A DNA stretch of 64,000 bases from the human T2T-CHM13v2.0 reference genome, Homo sapiens (GCA_009914755.4 CP068257.2:25632001-25696000), one strand, 5' to 3'; positions 1 through 14,920 are shown, counted from the first letter of the stretch. Notes: generated from the sequence alone by a model not told the origin. Program-made: numbers and translations.

Positions 1-420
1 ATCAAATTTTAATTTGTACCAAAGAGAATTTACTGCCTAGAGGCTTCCCCACACGGGTGTAGCAGGAGGTTTAAAGCTACCTGTTGTGCTCCACAGTTTC
101 TAAAACACAGGATGTAAATATTCTCTAGAAGAGTTTGGTCTAAATAAGTTCTATTTAGATTAATGTTTAAGTTATTAATATTTGTTAAAGTTTAGGTTAG
201 TCTTATTTAGGTTAATGTTTAAGTTGACTTAAAAGTAAACTTTCAAATATAATTTTAAAATAAGTATATAAAGTACGTGTAATATATAGTCAAAAATTTT
301 TGTGTAGATAGAACAAAGAAATGTTTAAGATTGTATTAGATGTTTTAAATAAAATGGTCTGCAAGATGAGGAATATGAAGAGTGCTGAAATGAAGAAAAA
401 TAGCTAGGAGCTTTCATCAT

Positions 421-503
421 GGATAACATTTTGTCATCTTCCTGCTGTGTGACAGAGTGTTTCATTTTCATTAGCATTTTAATAGGGGAAACAATTTGTT
501 TGT
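421..503. repeat. Copy A of a dispersed ~83-bp duplicated segment; its partner is at 1536-1616
   Basis: ggataacattttgtcatcttcctgctgtgtgacag(ag)tgtttcattttcattagcat(c)tttaataggggaaacaatttgttt recurs about 1.1 kb downstream in the same orientation at roughly 95% identity. Confidence 0.6.
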
Positions 504-1535
504 TCATAGGCTTTCAAAGTCTTGTATTTGGAGACTTTTTTTGGAGAAATGAATGATGAGATATTTTAAATACTATTATATATGAATAAATTATGAACAT
601 TTAAAAACAAAGATGAAAAACTTGGAATTTGAAATTGATGTCTTTATGATCACCTAAAGAAAAATTTATGCCAGCAATAAGATACTTCTTTAGGATTTCA
701 GAACAGTCTTTCCCTTTGGGATTTTTTTCTTCTTATTTTACTTCTCAAGAAAACATGCCTCTAAAATACCTCTAACTTTGCATTTAAACAATGATCGAAG
801 CTTCTTATCTTGTCTGCATGCTTTTCGGTCAAAAATTGAACCTGATTTGTAATCTAACACATTATAAAAACCTCTGATTTATTAAATATGTATGAATAGC
901 ACAAATTTCTAAAATACTGAATATATTCTAGGATGTTAATTGCCAACAATTTTAAAATTATATTAAAATGCAAAACAGCTTTTAGTAGAAACTTTTGGTG
1001 CTCTAAATATTTACTGAAGACATTTGCCATTGAATCATTAAAAAAAAGCATCTCATTGGTTTCTAGGTGAGTAGACTATATGATTGTTTAGAATTACAAA
1101 ATATAAGTTCTTGAAAATGTTAAACAGAGGCTAGAAATACCTGAAAATTAAAACTTTGGGGAAAAAATATTAACATTTTTGTTAAAACACAGAAGCTTTA
1201 AATATTATTTAAAGAATTTTTATTTTATATTTAAAAATCGTTTCCTGTTTAGTGGACTACTTATCATATTTTATAACATTTTACTCACGTAAATTAAATT
1301 ACTGGTGTGTTTTAGTAGAAATGACTTAGAATTTAAAGTCTGTATGTTTGGTTTATTCCAGCTGAATTAATTTCAGCTGAATTAATTTGTCTAACTGATG
1401 CAGATCTTGACATTCTTATGTAAAAATGAGGATGATGCATCAGAGGACTGCGATGCTCCCTTTGAGTTTGAAAGCCTAGGAATCTGAAACTGATGATGGT
1501 AAACAAAACTTCTGGAAAGTTGGTTGGATATGATT

Positions 1536-1616
1536 GGATAACATTTTGTCATCTTTCTGCTGTGTGACAGTGTTTCATTTTCATTAGCATCTTTAATAGG
1601 GGAAACAATTTGTTTA
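1536..1616. repeat. Copy B of the dispersed ~83-bp duplicated segment
   Basis: Near-identical to 421-503, as a direct repeat. Confidence 0.6.
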
Positions 1617-3559
1617 TAAATATAAATGTTATTAAGTGATACTTTCAGAATAATGCTATAAGCAGTGAGAAATTTGCTAAAGCACTTTCAAATTAGGAAA
1701 AGAAGCAAAAGTAAGCTTCAACAGAAATAAAATCTACTATATCTAACTAAAACGAAACAAAAGCGAACAAAATGATCCAAAGCAGATGACAGAAAACTTC
1801 CGGAAAACATTATTGGGTATAGGAACATAGAAATAAATAAAGAACAGGTTATTTATAAATTGTAGCAAAATATTAGAAGGCAAAGGTACTGTAATTTTAG
1901 GTCACAGAGATAGTACTTAATGAATTTCAGGCCAAATTTTATAACCAATAACCTCTGTGATTCAGAGTCTTAAGTAGGTAAATTTAAGTTACATAAATAG
2001 ATAATAAATAATTCTATATTTTGAGGGTTATTAATTGCAAAATTTTCAATTACCCTCATGATTTCCCCCAAACATATGGTTATAGCAGCTAACCATCACT
2101 GAGAGTTTGAAGAGATACTATGTGCCAGGAATTACATAACCATATTAGTCACTGATTCAATTCTGCAGAAACGAATGCCTGCATATGAGGTTTTTTTACT
2201 GTTGTAACTGTCATTTTTTTCAGATGAAGAAACAAGTCATGCAGGAAGTGGTGGAGACAGCATTTAGATTTAGGTTTATTTCACAGCCCTTACTGTTAAG
2301 CATTTTGTCTATAATTCCTTGTTTGTTATATTTGTGTTTTGTGATTATCTTGTATTAATGAATAGAACCAGAGTTTGTCAAGTTTGACCAAGTTTTGCAA
2401 AGCAAGATTTCATGAGTGTGTATCTGGAGTGGACTGCTCAGAAAAACCATGTTTCCCTTTGGTTTTCTATTTAGGCTCCAGAACCCACTGAAGGAACACA
2501 TTTTTTCTAATGAGTAGGTCCAAAGGCTTGCTCTCTGTGCTTGTATTCTCCCTATCTGAATGTGATGGAAAAATATAGTTAACTTTTTAGTTGTTAACTC
2601 TGGGATACAGAATATTGTCTCACCCAGTGTGTTAATATTCCCAGAAGTTGTGGCATCACTGAAAAAGCACTTCTGTTAAAATGTGTTGATCTTCTTACAT
2701 GTCACTCAGTATTATACTTAATTAACTCTCAAATTCACTTAGAGGCACTTGGCCAATTCAATCCAACTTTTCAGTTTATTTTTCAGTATGAAGTAATTTC
2801 AACTCATAACAATAGGTATTGAAATGAATATTTTTAGCCCTATATAATATTAAATGTGTTACTTTTACTTGTTTCAATTTTCATGAATCATAACTATGAT
2901 GATTGTCACTTATTGTATAGCACAAACCAATAAGCATCATCCTTCTCTTTTGCAATGTTTGATTTTAGTCACAGATCAATTTCAGAATGTTAGGTGCAGA
3001 GGCTCATTAGAGCTCATTTGGTTCAAATTATCATTTTCAAAGATACCAGATCATGTAAATTACTCAGGTGATAATTATTTTTATTGTAATTATAATAGTA
3101 ACAACATGATTATAATAGTAACAACATGTTTATCAGAAAGCTAATATTTGTTTGATTATTTGACTTACAAAGCACTTTTATATGCATTATTTCATTGAGT
3201 TTCCTATAAATTTTGTGAGTAGCAGAAGAGATGTGATTATTATTAATGTGTACCAGTGGGAAAAGACAAGTTTACTAATGTTAAGGGATTTTTCTCAGGC
3301 TCATATAAGCTATAAATAAAATAAAGTAGTTCAAATCAGAATTTCTGCTCCTTTCACCTTATAGTAACACCTTGTTTTTATTTTTTGAATGATTATCAAA
3401 TATTTCAGTATTCCAAAATGAATAAAGAACCTAGAGTGAACATCATACATTCAGGATCCTCCTCAAGAAAGAAAATATGACTGAAACCATTGATGGCCTC
3501 AACATATTCTTCTACAATTGATTTGTTCATTCATCTTTTAATGGACATTTTGCTCTGAG

Positions 3560-3578
3560 TGAGAGAGAGAGAGAGGCC
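3560..3578. repeat. (GA)n simple repeat
   Basis: gagagagagagagagag run. Confidence 0.9.
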
Positions 3579-3761
3579 GGGAGGGGGGAAGGGCACAGAA
3601 TTGTATAGGGTATGCACATTTACAATTTTATTTGATTCACCAACTTGCTCTCAAACAGGGTTGAACCAATTGTTGCTCTCAAGCATGCATAAGATATTCT
3701 GTTACTCTTTGCAATCAGCCACATTTACAGTAGTGTATAGTAGTGCATGTGCCGGTGTAGT

Positions 3762-3938
3762 GTGTGTGTGAGCGCATGGGAGCGAGCGAGCGAGCGAGAG
3801 AGACAGAGAGAGAGAGGGAGGGGGGAGAAGTAGAGAGAGAGAGTTTTAATTTGGCCATTTTTATGGAGAGAGAGAGAGAGGGAGGGAGGGAGAGGGGAGA
3901 AGTAGAGAGAGAATTTTAATTGGGCCAAGTTTATGGAG
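3762..3938. repeat. Compound (TG)n/(AGCG)n/(GA)n purine-rich simple repeat containing a ~68-bp unit duplicated in tandem
   Basis: Units at about 3803-3867 and 3868-3938 each read (ga)n gggagg..gagaagtagagagaga(g)ttttaatt(t/g)ggcca(tt/ag)tttatggag. Confidence 0.8.
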
Positions 3939-4394
3939 GTATGAAATGATTATTTTTTTCTTATGGTTTTTAGTTACATGTCTCTTATTACTGCTGAAGT
4001 TAGCACACTTTCAGATAAACATGCAGAAACACACCCACCATTTGGATGTCTTCCCTAGGAATTGCCTGTACATAAATCTTGACCTCTCTGCTTGGATAGC
4101 TGACTTTTTATCTTGTTGATTCATAGGAGTTATTTACATACTTTGGATAAGAATTCTTGCAGATTATGTTATTTTTCCCAGAGCTTGGTTTTTTATTTTC
4201 ACATACATACTGCCTGTTTTAATGAGAAGAAATTTTAAAAGTATCTACTTTTTATCCTTATCTTTCCTGTTTTAGCTATTTATATCTTGTTTAATAAACA
4301 TTTCTTTTCCCTGAGGCAACAGAGACATTCAGACACATTTAAAAATTTTTACATTTTCAGTATTCACTTTTAGGTCCAATGTACCTTGAATTCA

Positions 4395-4396
<2 letters not shown>

Positions 4397-4432
<36 letters not shown>
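4397..4432. repeat. (TG)18 microsatellite
   Basis: Perfect tgtgtg... dinucleotide run. Confidence 0.95.
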
Positions 4433-4435
<3 letters not shown>

Positions 4436-5084
4436 CCTGTAGGTATGGATCTAACTTAATTTATCACAGGAATAACTGTCCCAGCTCCATTTAATGGCTA
4501 CTGTGCCCTTTTCTACTGACCTGGTGCCTCTGTCACATGTTGAGTTTCCAACTGATTCAGCACTCTGTATTTCAGCTCTTCACTGTGTGGCCTTAGATTT
4601 GTCGCCTGTGGATTACTATTTAAATGTTCATTGTTTTACCTTTAAATAAAATTTCTTTTAGAACAGGGTAATTCCTTCTCTTTTTTGGCTCCTCCTTGCT
4701 CCTTCCACTTTCCTTCCCTCCTCCTCACACTTCTCTTTGTCTTATGAAATTATCTTGCCAATTTTTTGAACGTTTGCCCATCCAGTCAAGTAACAAAGAC
4801 TTAGATACATTCATGGAGAAGTGACCTTCTTGAAAATTGAGAAATGGCTGCTTTCTCAATTTCTGCAAGTCTTTAAAAGTGTCTTTCAAGAATTATATAT
4901 CATTTTTACCCTACAACTAATAAAGAAATGACAATTTTATTATTATTATGGATCCAGTATATCCTTAATAATTATTTTTAGTATAAAATCTGTTTTATTA
5001 CATCAATATAGTTTGAATATTTTCTTTCAGTTACTATTCACTTGAGGTCTTCCTTATAAATAACATTTATTAATATATAGAGTC

Positions 5085-5383
<299 letters not shown>

Positions 5384-5593
5384 TAGAGTCATTTTTTAAT
5401 CCAACTAAATTATATTTGTTTGTATAACCAGTGAGCTTATCTTATTTTATTTCAATCAAAAATATATTTGTTTTTGTCTCTACATATTTTGTTCTTCCTA
5501 CTTATTTGTCTTTTGGCCTGACTTAATTGTTCCTCTTTTCCTGTTTTCTTTGCAAGTAAAACATGTTTTTTCTCCTTTTCTTAATTACTTTGA

Positions 5594-5937
5594 GCTGGTA
5601 TAAGAAAATACCATAAACTGGGCAACTTGTGAGAAACAGAGCTTATTTCTTCCAGTTCTGGAGGCTAGGAAGTCCAAGATTAAGATGCTAGCTGACTCTG
5701 TATCTGGTGTGGGCCCATTTCCTGGTTCATAGACGGTGCCTTCTCACTATGTCCTCACATGGTGGAAGCGCCAAGGATCTCCCTTGGGCCCCATTTATAA
5801 GGGCACTAATCGCATCATGAAGCCTCCACTTTCATGGTCTGATCACCTCCCAAAAGTCCCCACTTCCTAATATTATCATCTTGGGGTTCATATTTTAACA
5901 TATACATTTAGGGGAGACACAAACATTTAGACTACAG
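5594..5937. mobile_element. MLT1-like MaLR LTR fragment (ancient mammalian LTR)
   Basis: Contains ctataacaaaataccataaactggg...cagttctggaggctaggaagtccaagat...tataagggcactaatc...cccacttcctaata...ggggagacacaaacatt, matching the remembered MLT1-type consensus. The family name comes from memory. Confidence 0.5.
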
Positions 5938-6705
5938 CACCTCTGTGTTCAACTGTTTACTGACATTTTAACATTCTTTCTTAAGGAATCTAAAGTAAAT
6001 CTAATATTTTTCTAACTTCTTTAAGAACAATCCCCAAGCACATATTGGGGGAATACATTATTTATATAATTTAATTATTCCTTTTTGTACAATGAATCCT
6101 TCTATCTAGTAATTAATTTAGATTTATTTATATGTATATCAATTTCTTTGCCCATCATTTCTTCTAGTCTCTCAGTCTTCCTTCTGTGATCATTTAATCA
6201 TTTGAAGAGTAATAATTTGCTGTTTTACAAAATCCTTATTTATTTGGCTTTGATATTTCTTGATAATTTAATAAGATTATGAATTTATGTCAAGAACACC
6301 ACAAAAGTGATTCATGCCCTTCACAAGGCAGCATTTCAGGTGGCACATACTATTTGGGTGTCTCATTACTTGCAATGTTAAATTTATCACTTGGTTAAGT
6401 AAAAAAGAAGTGTCATGAGGATAAAGAACGATGGTGTACTTGTCCTAGAATAAAGGAGACGAAGGAAATCCCATAACTGAATGAAATGTGTGATCCTGGA
6501 TTGAATCCTGGACCAGAAAAAGGAACACTATTATTAGGACAATAAATGAAATTTGCATAAGGTCTGTAGATTACTTCATTATATTGTTGTCAGTGTTTAA
6601 TTTTTGGTGTTGATGCTCATATTGAAGTTGTTTAAATAGAAAGTTAGAAATAAAGATTGTTAAAATTGCCCTCATTTGACCTCCTTTCTTTGATTATCGA
6701 AGTGA

Positions 6706-7058
<353 letters not shown>

Positions 7059-9303
7059 TGTACATATAAATTTTTTAAAAAGTGAACATATGTGTTACTA
7101 GAAACATTTGGAGCATTTTTTGACTTTCATTATTGAATTACTGTTGATTTGGGAACTTAATTCTAGGTTGGTATCTACTTTCTCTCAAAACTTTGAAATA
7201 TCTTTCAATTATTTTCTGTTTGCCCTGTGGCCATTGAGACCTTCATAGGCCAACCTAATAGACAATTTGTAAAAGAGCTATTAATACCGTTTTCTTTAAA
7301 AAGTCTTCTGTTTTTATTTGGTTTTGGTAGATTTAGTAATGTATACTATAAATAACATTTTTATCCTAATGGAAATGTTTTATGCTTATTGATCTAAATA
7401 TCCTGGAACATTTTTTCATCTGTTTTGGAAAACAGTAGTATTTCTAGCTATTAATTTATCTTCTCTACTCTCTCTGTCTTATCTTGGTAGAAATCCAATT
7501 AGATCTTTTTGACTTTTTATTATACTCACCATTTCTCTTTAACTCTCCTTCATATTTTTCATTTATTGGTGTCTCTGTTTCTTTCAGGCAGGCTTTAGGC
7601 CTCAATCTGTCTTCCAGTTTATTTGATATCTTCAGATGTGATCATCTATTTGTTTTTTAAATCTATCCATTTAACTTTTAAAATATAAATAATTACATGT
7701 TTCATTTCTGCAATTTTTTGGTCTATCTTTTATTGTTTCATGTTCTGTGCTTGTATTTTCAATGCACTTTTGTTCTTTCAAAATTATACATTCTTTTTTC
7801 ATATTCCAAGTCTGACCGTTTCAACCTCTTAAGTTAATACTGGTCTAATTGTGCCGTTTATGGTTTTTGTAAATTCGTACTTCTAGACACATAGCTCTTG
7901 TTAGTTGGGGAACATAGATTGCTAGTTTATGTTTTGCTGGACTTTGCCACTGGACATCATGTGAAACCGAGTCTGAGGGTTCATCTTTCTAATAGAGATT
8001 CCATTAGTTTTTGACAGGCAAACCAGGGTTTTAACAATTTAGGACCCACTTAAGTTAATAGTTGGCTAAAAGTATCCCAAACAATTTAGTTACTTTAAAA
8101 TGAAATTCCAGCCTTCTCAGAGGACAGGTTCTGTTTACAAATTATTGTGGCAGACATATTTATATTCCTTGGAATCGAAAAAATTTTTATCTCTGACATT
8201 TTTCATATGGGAATTTTTTTCTAATTTATGACATTACTAATGATTGGCTCTCCAAGAGTTTCAGCTTTATGCAAGAGCACCAATTCCTATCTTGCCTAAT
8301 CTATACCCCACACATCCTAATCTCTTCACCACATAGCCATTGTATCTCAAACATTATCTTATTTAATCTTGACGATTTTTAGTTCTCCTTTTTATGGATG
8401 AAAAACATGCTCAGAGATAAAATAGAAGGTCATTTGGTCAAGTTTACAAAGGTAAAAATTCACAAAGCTGAGATGCAAATTTTTCTGAAATACTTATCGT
8501 AATTAGATATTACATACACACACATAGTTATATATGTATATATACACACATACTTATGTATATATACACTCATTATATATAATGATATAAATAATATATA
8601 GCAAGAATTGTCAAACATAAAGTTTAACAATTTAAAACATTAAATTTTAGTGTGAATACACTCAGATGTCTCCCGTCTTCCTCCTATTATTATTTTACTA
8701 TATCTGTGTTATTATATGTTCTTTCATCTATGTGTTCCTCTATCCATCAATAAGTCTATTTTATCTTTGATGCATTTCATGGTAATTGGTACATGTTAGT
8801 ACATTTCCCTACATAGGCTTCAGCATGCCTCTTTTGTTTGCTGATGTAAAAGATTTGTGTAAACACAAATCATGAGTATACGTGCCGAGTTTTGATAAAT
8901 GCATAAAATATGGAATACTTTGTGAATTTGTATGTTATCCCTGGGCACAAGATGATGTGCAAGATAATTTTCTCTGTATCAATTCAATTATAGTACATAC
9001 CCTGCCAAAGAAAGTATTCACATACATTTAAAAATTCTACTTATCGTATCTTTTTTAAAAAGGATTTGAAGTTGGTTATAGAATACATGAGATACATAAA
9101 ATACAGTATAATGTCCTTGTGATAAGATTGAATAACTTTAGAAAGGTTTAGAGTGATGATATTAAGTGGAACCAGGGAGAAGACTAACATGCTTATCACA
9201 CAATTTTTGCACATAAATAATTCTACATGTTACTACTATGAACAGGTTATCAGAGTAATGAAAACCCTGATAATGAGCTGGTGCTAAAGGAGCCAGCCCC
9301 CCA

Positions 9304-9345
9304 TCAAAACACAAACAAAACAAAACAAAACAAAAACAAAAACAC
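9304..9345. repeat. (CAAAA)n simple repeat
   Basis: caaaacaaaacaaaacaaaaacaaaaac. Confidence 0.9.
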
Positions 9346-10036
9346 TTCATTCCCGGCCTCTGTTTAAAAACTATTTGTGAATAAAATATATATAAGTATG
9401 CTCATTGTAGCAACCACATATTCGTTCTTCAAAGTAAAAAGTGAAATTTCAAATTGGAGGAACTTATGTATATTTTAGAAAGAGTAGTGGAATTTCCACA
9501 AAAAAGAATTTGTGCAACAGTTTTATTTTACAATATCCTTGGATAATCTTTGGCTACGGTTAGGCTTCCTCCATGTTTTGGTAACCCCAGGGCTGACGTT
9601 TGAGGGTCATAATGCATTTTTATTTTTGTTCCAGTTCTCATAGTTGTATTTTCCTTCTCCATCACAAAAATGATTGGATCTCAATCTTGAATACTGTAAA
9701 AACTTAGCCTTGGTTTTGGCTATCAGAGATGACTTACAAATTGTAGTCTGTCTTTAGGCTGCATTCTTCAGAGCAAATATTCTCACAAATCATTAATTTT
9801 AAATAGAGGACTAAGATATTTATTAAATATCACATTTTCATTTTTTTCAATATAAATCATTGAAGACCCTTAGGATCATAGTTATACCCAGGGAGTTTAT
9901 CAATAACCTGTAGAGGATTGAATTACATACATTAATAATTAAATACAGGTAAGACTTTACTTTTCTACTGCAATCACTAGTTACCACAAATGTAGTGGCT
10001 TAAAATGACAAAAAAAAAAAAAAAAAAAAGTATTCT

Positions 10037-10301
10037 CCGGGAGTGGTGGCTCATGCCTGTAATCCCAGCACTTTGGGAGGCCGAGGAGGGCGGATCATGA
10101 GGTCAGGAGATCGAGACCACAATGAAACCCCATCTCTACTAAAAAATACAAAAAATTAGCCAGGCGTGGTGGTGGGCGCCTGTAGTCCCAGCTACTAGGG
10201 AGGCTGAGGCAGGAGAATGTCAGGAACCCAGGAGGCGGAGCTTACAGTGAGCCAAGATCACGCCACTGCACTCCAGCCTGGGTGACAGAACGAGACTCTG
10301 T

Positions 10302-10330
<29 letters not shown>
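10037..10330 (+). mobile_element. AluY SINE with A26 tail
   Basis: ccgggagtggtggctcatgcctgtaatcccagcactttgggaggccgagg...ctgtctcaaaaaaa. An independent A20 run lies 7 bp upstream at 10010-10029. Confidence 0.93.
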
Positions 10331-10332
<2 letters not shown>

Positions 10333-10759
10333 GACTTACAGATCAGAAACCTAGATAGGCTTTATAGGGTCCTTCACTTAGATTCCCTGAAGAGTAAAAT
10401 CAGGTTGTCAGCATGGTTGCCTTTCTTACTGTAGGCTCTGGGGAAGAAGTTGCTTCCGTGATCATTCAAGTTGACAGCCAAGTTCAGTTCCCTGTGATTG
10501 TAGGACTGAGATCCCTGCTTCCTTGCTGGCTGTTAGGTGGCGACCAGCCTTTACTTCTAGAGGTTGACAACATTTTTTCTCATGTTAGGTAAGGTGACAC
10601 CTTCTGCAATACAGCCTGATCATTTTCTCACTTTGAATCTCTCTGACTTTCCCTTCATCTTAGTGTTATTATAAAGAAATACTTTAGATATTCCTAAACC
10701 AAACTTTGAAAGCTGCTTCTTTATATTAGTGGTTTCTGACTGTACGTTTATACTGTAAT

Positions 10760-11210
10760 TTTATCTCTTATTTCCATATCATATCTATGCAATTCATCCA
10801 TATTAAGGCACATTGCTACTTTTTTCACCATGGTATAGTTTTCCATTGCACATACATCACAAAACAGGGATTTATTCTGCTCATAGAAATTTTTTGTGGT
10901 TATTTTGTTTTACTTTAGGCATTTACATATTTTTCTACAACAATGCTGGTAATGTGTTCATATATCTCTCCATATTCCTATGTAAGAGTTTCTTCAGGGC
11001 ACAAGACAGAAAGGGAATTTCTGAATCAAATGGTGTGAACTTACTCCATTTTTGATGACAATATCAAATTATTTTCCACAGTGGTGGTGCCAATTTGCAT
11101 TCTCATAAGCAGTGTGAGTTCCTATTGACTCACATTCTTGCCAACTTGTATTGCTGAACTTTTATATTTCTACAATTATTAGTGATTGAGTCCTCTGAGT
11201 TCTATCTTCA
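10760..11210 (-). mobile_element. Old L1 (L1M/L1P-like) fragment from the ORF2 C-terminal and 3-prime region
   Basis: The plus strand reads as L1 antisense (ccatggtatagttttccattgcacatacatcac...cacagtggtggtgccaatttgcattctcataagcagtgtgagttcctattg...), resembling the antisense of the L1 ORF2 3-prime end. Confidence 0.6.
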
Positions 11211-11479
11211 AAAATATTTATAATGTAGCCAAACAATTCTGATCTCTTATGTGGAAGATAAAATAGTAGAGCCTGTCAACTAGTCTCAGTATGTTCACTC
11301 TCAACACAATCTGTCTAGTCAATTCCCTGTTAAGTCTTTTCCCTTCAGTAGATACAACAATCAAAGGAGCTTGAATATCAGGTCTTGTTAGAATCCTTCC
11401 TAAAATTCTGCAATGACTGTTCAAGGTACTTTGGCTAAGTCTAGGGGCATTTTTTTTTCTATAGCCCAAATTATAAACT

Positions 11480-11935
11480 TCTGCCTTCCTTTTAAAATAT
11501 TTCTCCTGTTCTCAAAATCCTTCTTTCAGTTTCTGGGAATGGCCAGCTCTCTCCTATCACAGGGCCTTTGCACAGACCCCTGTTCCTAGAACACTTTTCA
11601 CCTTACCTGACTTTTGCTCAGATATAAAATATCAGCTTACATTCAATTATTTTTTACCATTTGCTTTAGATATCAACTTATACTCCACCTCTTGTGAAAC
11701 ATTTTCTCTCACTCCATGATTTACACTAGGTTCCATCTCAAAACACATCTTTATTATTTGTTTCTTCATAGGTTTATAACATTTTGGAATTATTTATTGC
11801 CGGTTCACTTTTATATTCCTTTCTCTACTAAACTGTAAGCTCCATGAAAAAACTTTGCCCACCACTGTGGTCTCCTTTGCATTCCCAATCGTTAATACAG
11901 TGTAGGTGTTTGATCTTCATATATTTTTTGAATAG
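11480..11935 (+). mobile_element. MIR-like ancient SINE (tentative)
   Basis: ctactaaactgtaagctccatgaaaaaactttgcc...cagtgtaggtgtttgatc resembles the MIR core and tail (ctgtaagctccatgagggcaggg...cagtgcctggcacatagtaggtgctc). Confidence 0.35.
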
Positions 11936-12526
11936 ACAAATTAATACAATATATGCAGTTTTTCATAGCTATATCATTGCTAACAGATTTACTGGTTTCA
12001 TTTATATATAAATATGCTACATTTAAATATCTAAAGAAACATTTGTCTTTATATAAAGTAAGTAAAATTACTTCAAAATAAATAGGTATGATGGAGATTG
12101 CTATATAACTGCTAGAATATATTGAAAGTAAATGTTAGGTGAACTTTTCATAGATGTACCCACCTTGATTTAATTACTGAAATACTAAAAATGAACATCA
12201 TTTTAAGGCAGCCTACCTAGCATGGATTTCTATGGTTAGTAAAACAATCAGACTCTAGTACGCTTGTAGTTGGATAAAATCTTCATGTGAAAGAGGATTT
12301 TAAAATCACATGTCCTCACAGAATACCACTACTTCCACTACTAAAATTATTTTGGAGATCTTAATTGTCCTAAGGGCTCTATATACATATTTTATTTAAT
12401 CCCTCCACCAATCTCATGAGTTAAACACTGTCATTATCCTTCTTTACACACAAGTAAGGCAAGCCTTAGGAGACATAATAATCTACTTAAAAGTATATGG
12501 CCAGAAATGATAGAGTTGGGACTTAA

Positions 12527-12869
<343 letters not shown>

Positions 12870-14461
12870 TAAACACGGTCCTTATCTAAGGCCTTCTTTC
12901 ATTAGCAGTTGAGCTATGAAAAACATGTTATTATTTAGGATTCACTAAGCAATCAGTGCCTTCACATTGTTTTCTATATATTAGCTTGATTATGGTATTT
13001 TTTTGTAGTAGGGAATCAGAGACAGAAAGAGGACTAAAAATTGCAGACATATTCAATGTGCAAGATATGGCTTGGAAGGGAGAGGGGGATACATAAAAGC
13101 AACACGAATCAGATCTTTAAACTCGGAAAGCTTGTAATTATTTTGGAAAGGAACACATTTTTCTGAATAAATAAATGCATCTGGGAAAAATAATAATTGC
13201 TATTCATTGTGATATCCCGAATCATGAAGAGTAATAGGTAATGTGCAATATTGTTTTAAAAAGATTTTCATACTACCCTTTAAAATTAAATCTGTCAGTA
13301 TTAGAGATAAGCTTGATTATGTAGAAATTAGCTATAACTAAGATGATCTGTAGGGACTAATGGAAAAAAAGCAATAAGAGGTTATTACAGGTAGACGAGA
13401 AATAGTCTTATTTTTTATGTTTACAAAACTGCCTTGTCTTCTAGAGAGTAAAGTAGACATAAATTTGATTCTCATTTAAATACTTGCACTGTCAAATATA
13501 TCATACCATCACAAGAGAAACACACACTGTCCTCCAAATAAACAATTCTAATCCACTATACAATACCTAATTCCATTTTCCTACTATTGCCCAATCTGAA
13601 ATCTTCTTCTCTTTTCTGGCCTGTACTAATAATTCAGTCTAGGCAGGGTCATATGTTTGCAACTGTTAGAATCTGTGTCTCCCTCCTGCTGATTGTTGGT
13701 CTTTCTCTAATAAACTGTTTATCTTGGCCATATTGGCTCTGAGAGTGTAGGGTTCACATGGAATTTCTTTTTGCTTTAGATCTTTTGCTTTCTGACAAAT
13801 TTCTGCCTGTTCTTCTATTGTCCTACCTGTGAAAAAGGTGTTTTCTGCCAACTTGTAGCCAGTAGAGCAAATATATACAAATAATGGAGCATTCTATCAA
13901 ACTGCCAGGCTAGACAATGTCCATCTTGGATGCAGTCCTACTCAAGATGCAAACCATACACATGTGCCTCACCAAGTGAGCCAGCTGGGTGTCTCCCTCC
14001 AGCAGGCCAGAAGCAGGGCCAAGTGTGTACCAACCAGCAGTTGCTTTTAGTAATGTGGGGTGGAATTTGAACTGAATTTCTACAGTCCTTCAATATATGC
14101 ACTGGAATAATTAAAAAGATGTAAATAACAGCTATCAGAATGGTGCCAGACTCTTCACTCCACTGTCCTGCAACTGTCCTCCCCTGTTCATCACCAGAAT
14201 AGTTTCCTGTGGGTCTCTGTTTTCCCAAGCAGGACTTTCAGATTTGGAAGAAAGAATGCATTCAGACTGACTTGCTTAGGTACATTTGCTCCAGAGTTCA
14301 CAGGGACTAATGGATGTGTATACCAGCTGAAGAAGATCACAATTAGAGTGCAGTTTTTTTAAGCTGAAAAGACTAGATTTATTTATAAAATGAAGTGAAA
14401 GTCATTATTAGGAAAGTCATCATTGGAAAGTCATTGTCAGGACATTCTATTTTAAAGTCTA

Positions 14462-14580
14462 AAAACAAAGAAGAAGGGAGGAAGAAAAAAGGAAGGATGA
14501 AAGGAAGGAAGAAAGAAAGATGAAAAGAGAAAGCAAGCAAGAAAATAACAAAGAAACAAACAAAGAAAGATGTTTCTTGG
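14462..14580. repeat. Homopurine (GGAA/GAAA-rich) low-complexity tract
   Basis: About 120 bp of almost pure A/G (aagaagggaggaagaaaaaaggaaggatgaaaggaaggaagaaagaaag...). Confidence 0.85.
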
Positions 14581-14920
14581 CATTTTTCTGGTTCTCCATT
14601 AAATAATAGTTTAGATAGTTGCCAGACTATAACTGTCTTCTAATAAGAAATTATGTGTCTGGACTTAACCACATTTACTGTCTATGCCAGGTCAAGTAAA
14701 TTAAAAAATTGTTGAGATTGTAAAAAGGGAGTCAAAACAATCAGAAACTCATGTGGTAGAGACATCACACCATTTGGAGAGACAGATATGACTAAATTTG
14801 CTTAGTACTTAATCTAATCTTGGAGAAATTACCAAATCTTTCTGACCTTCATTTTGTTATCCTTAAAATAAAGGTGAAAATGAACCTAGTTCATAAGGCT
14901 CATAAAAAATCAATAAGATA

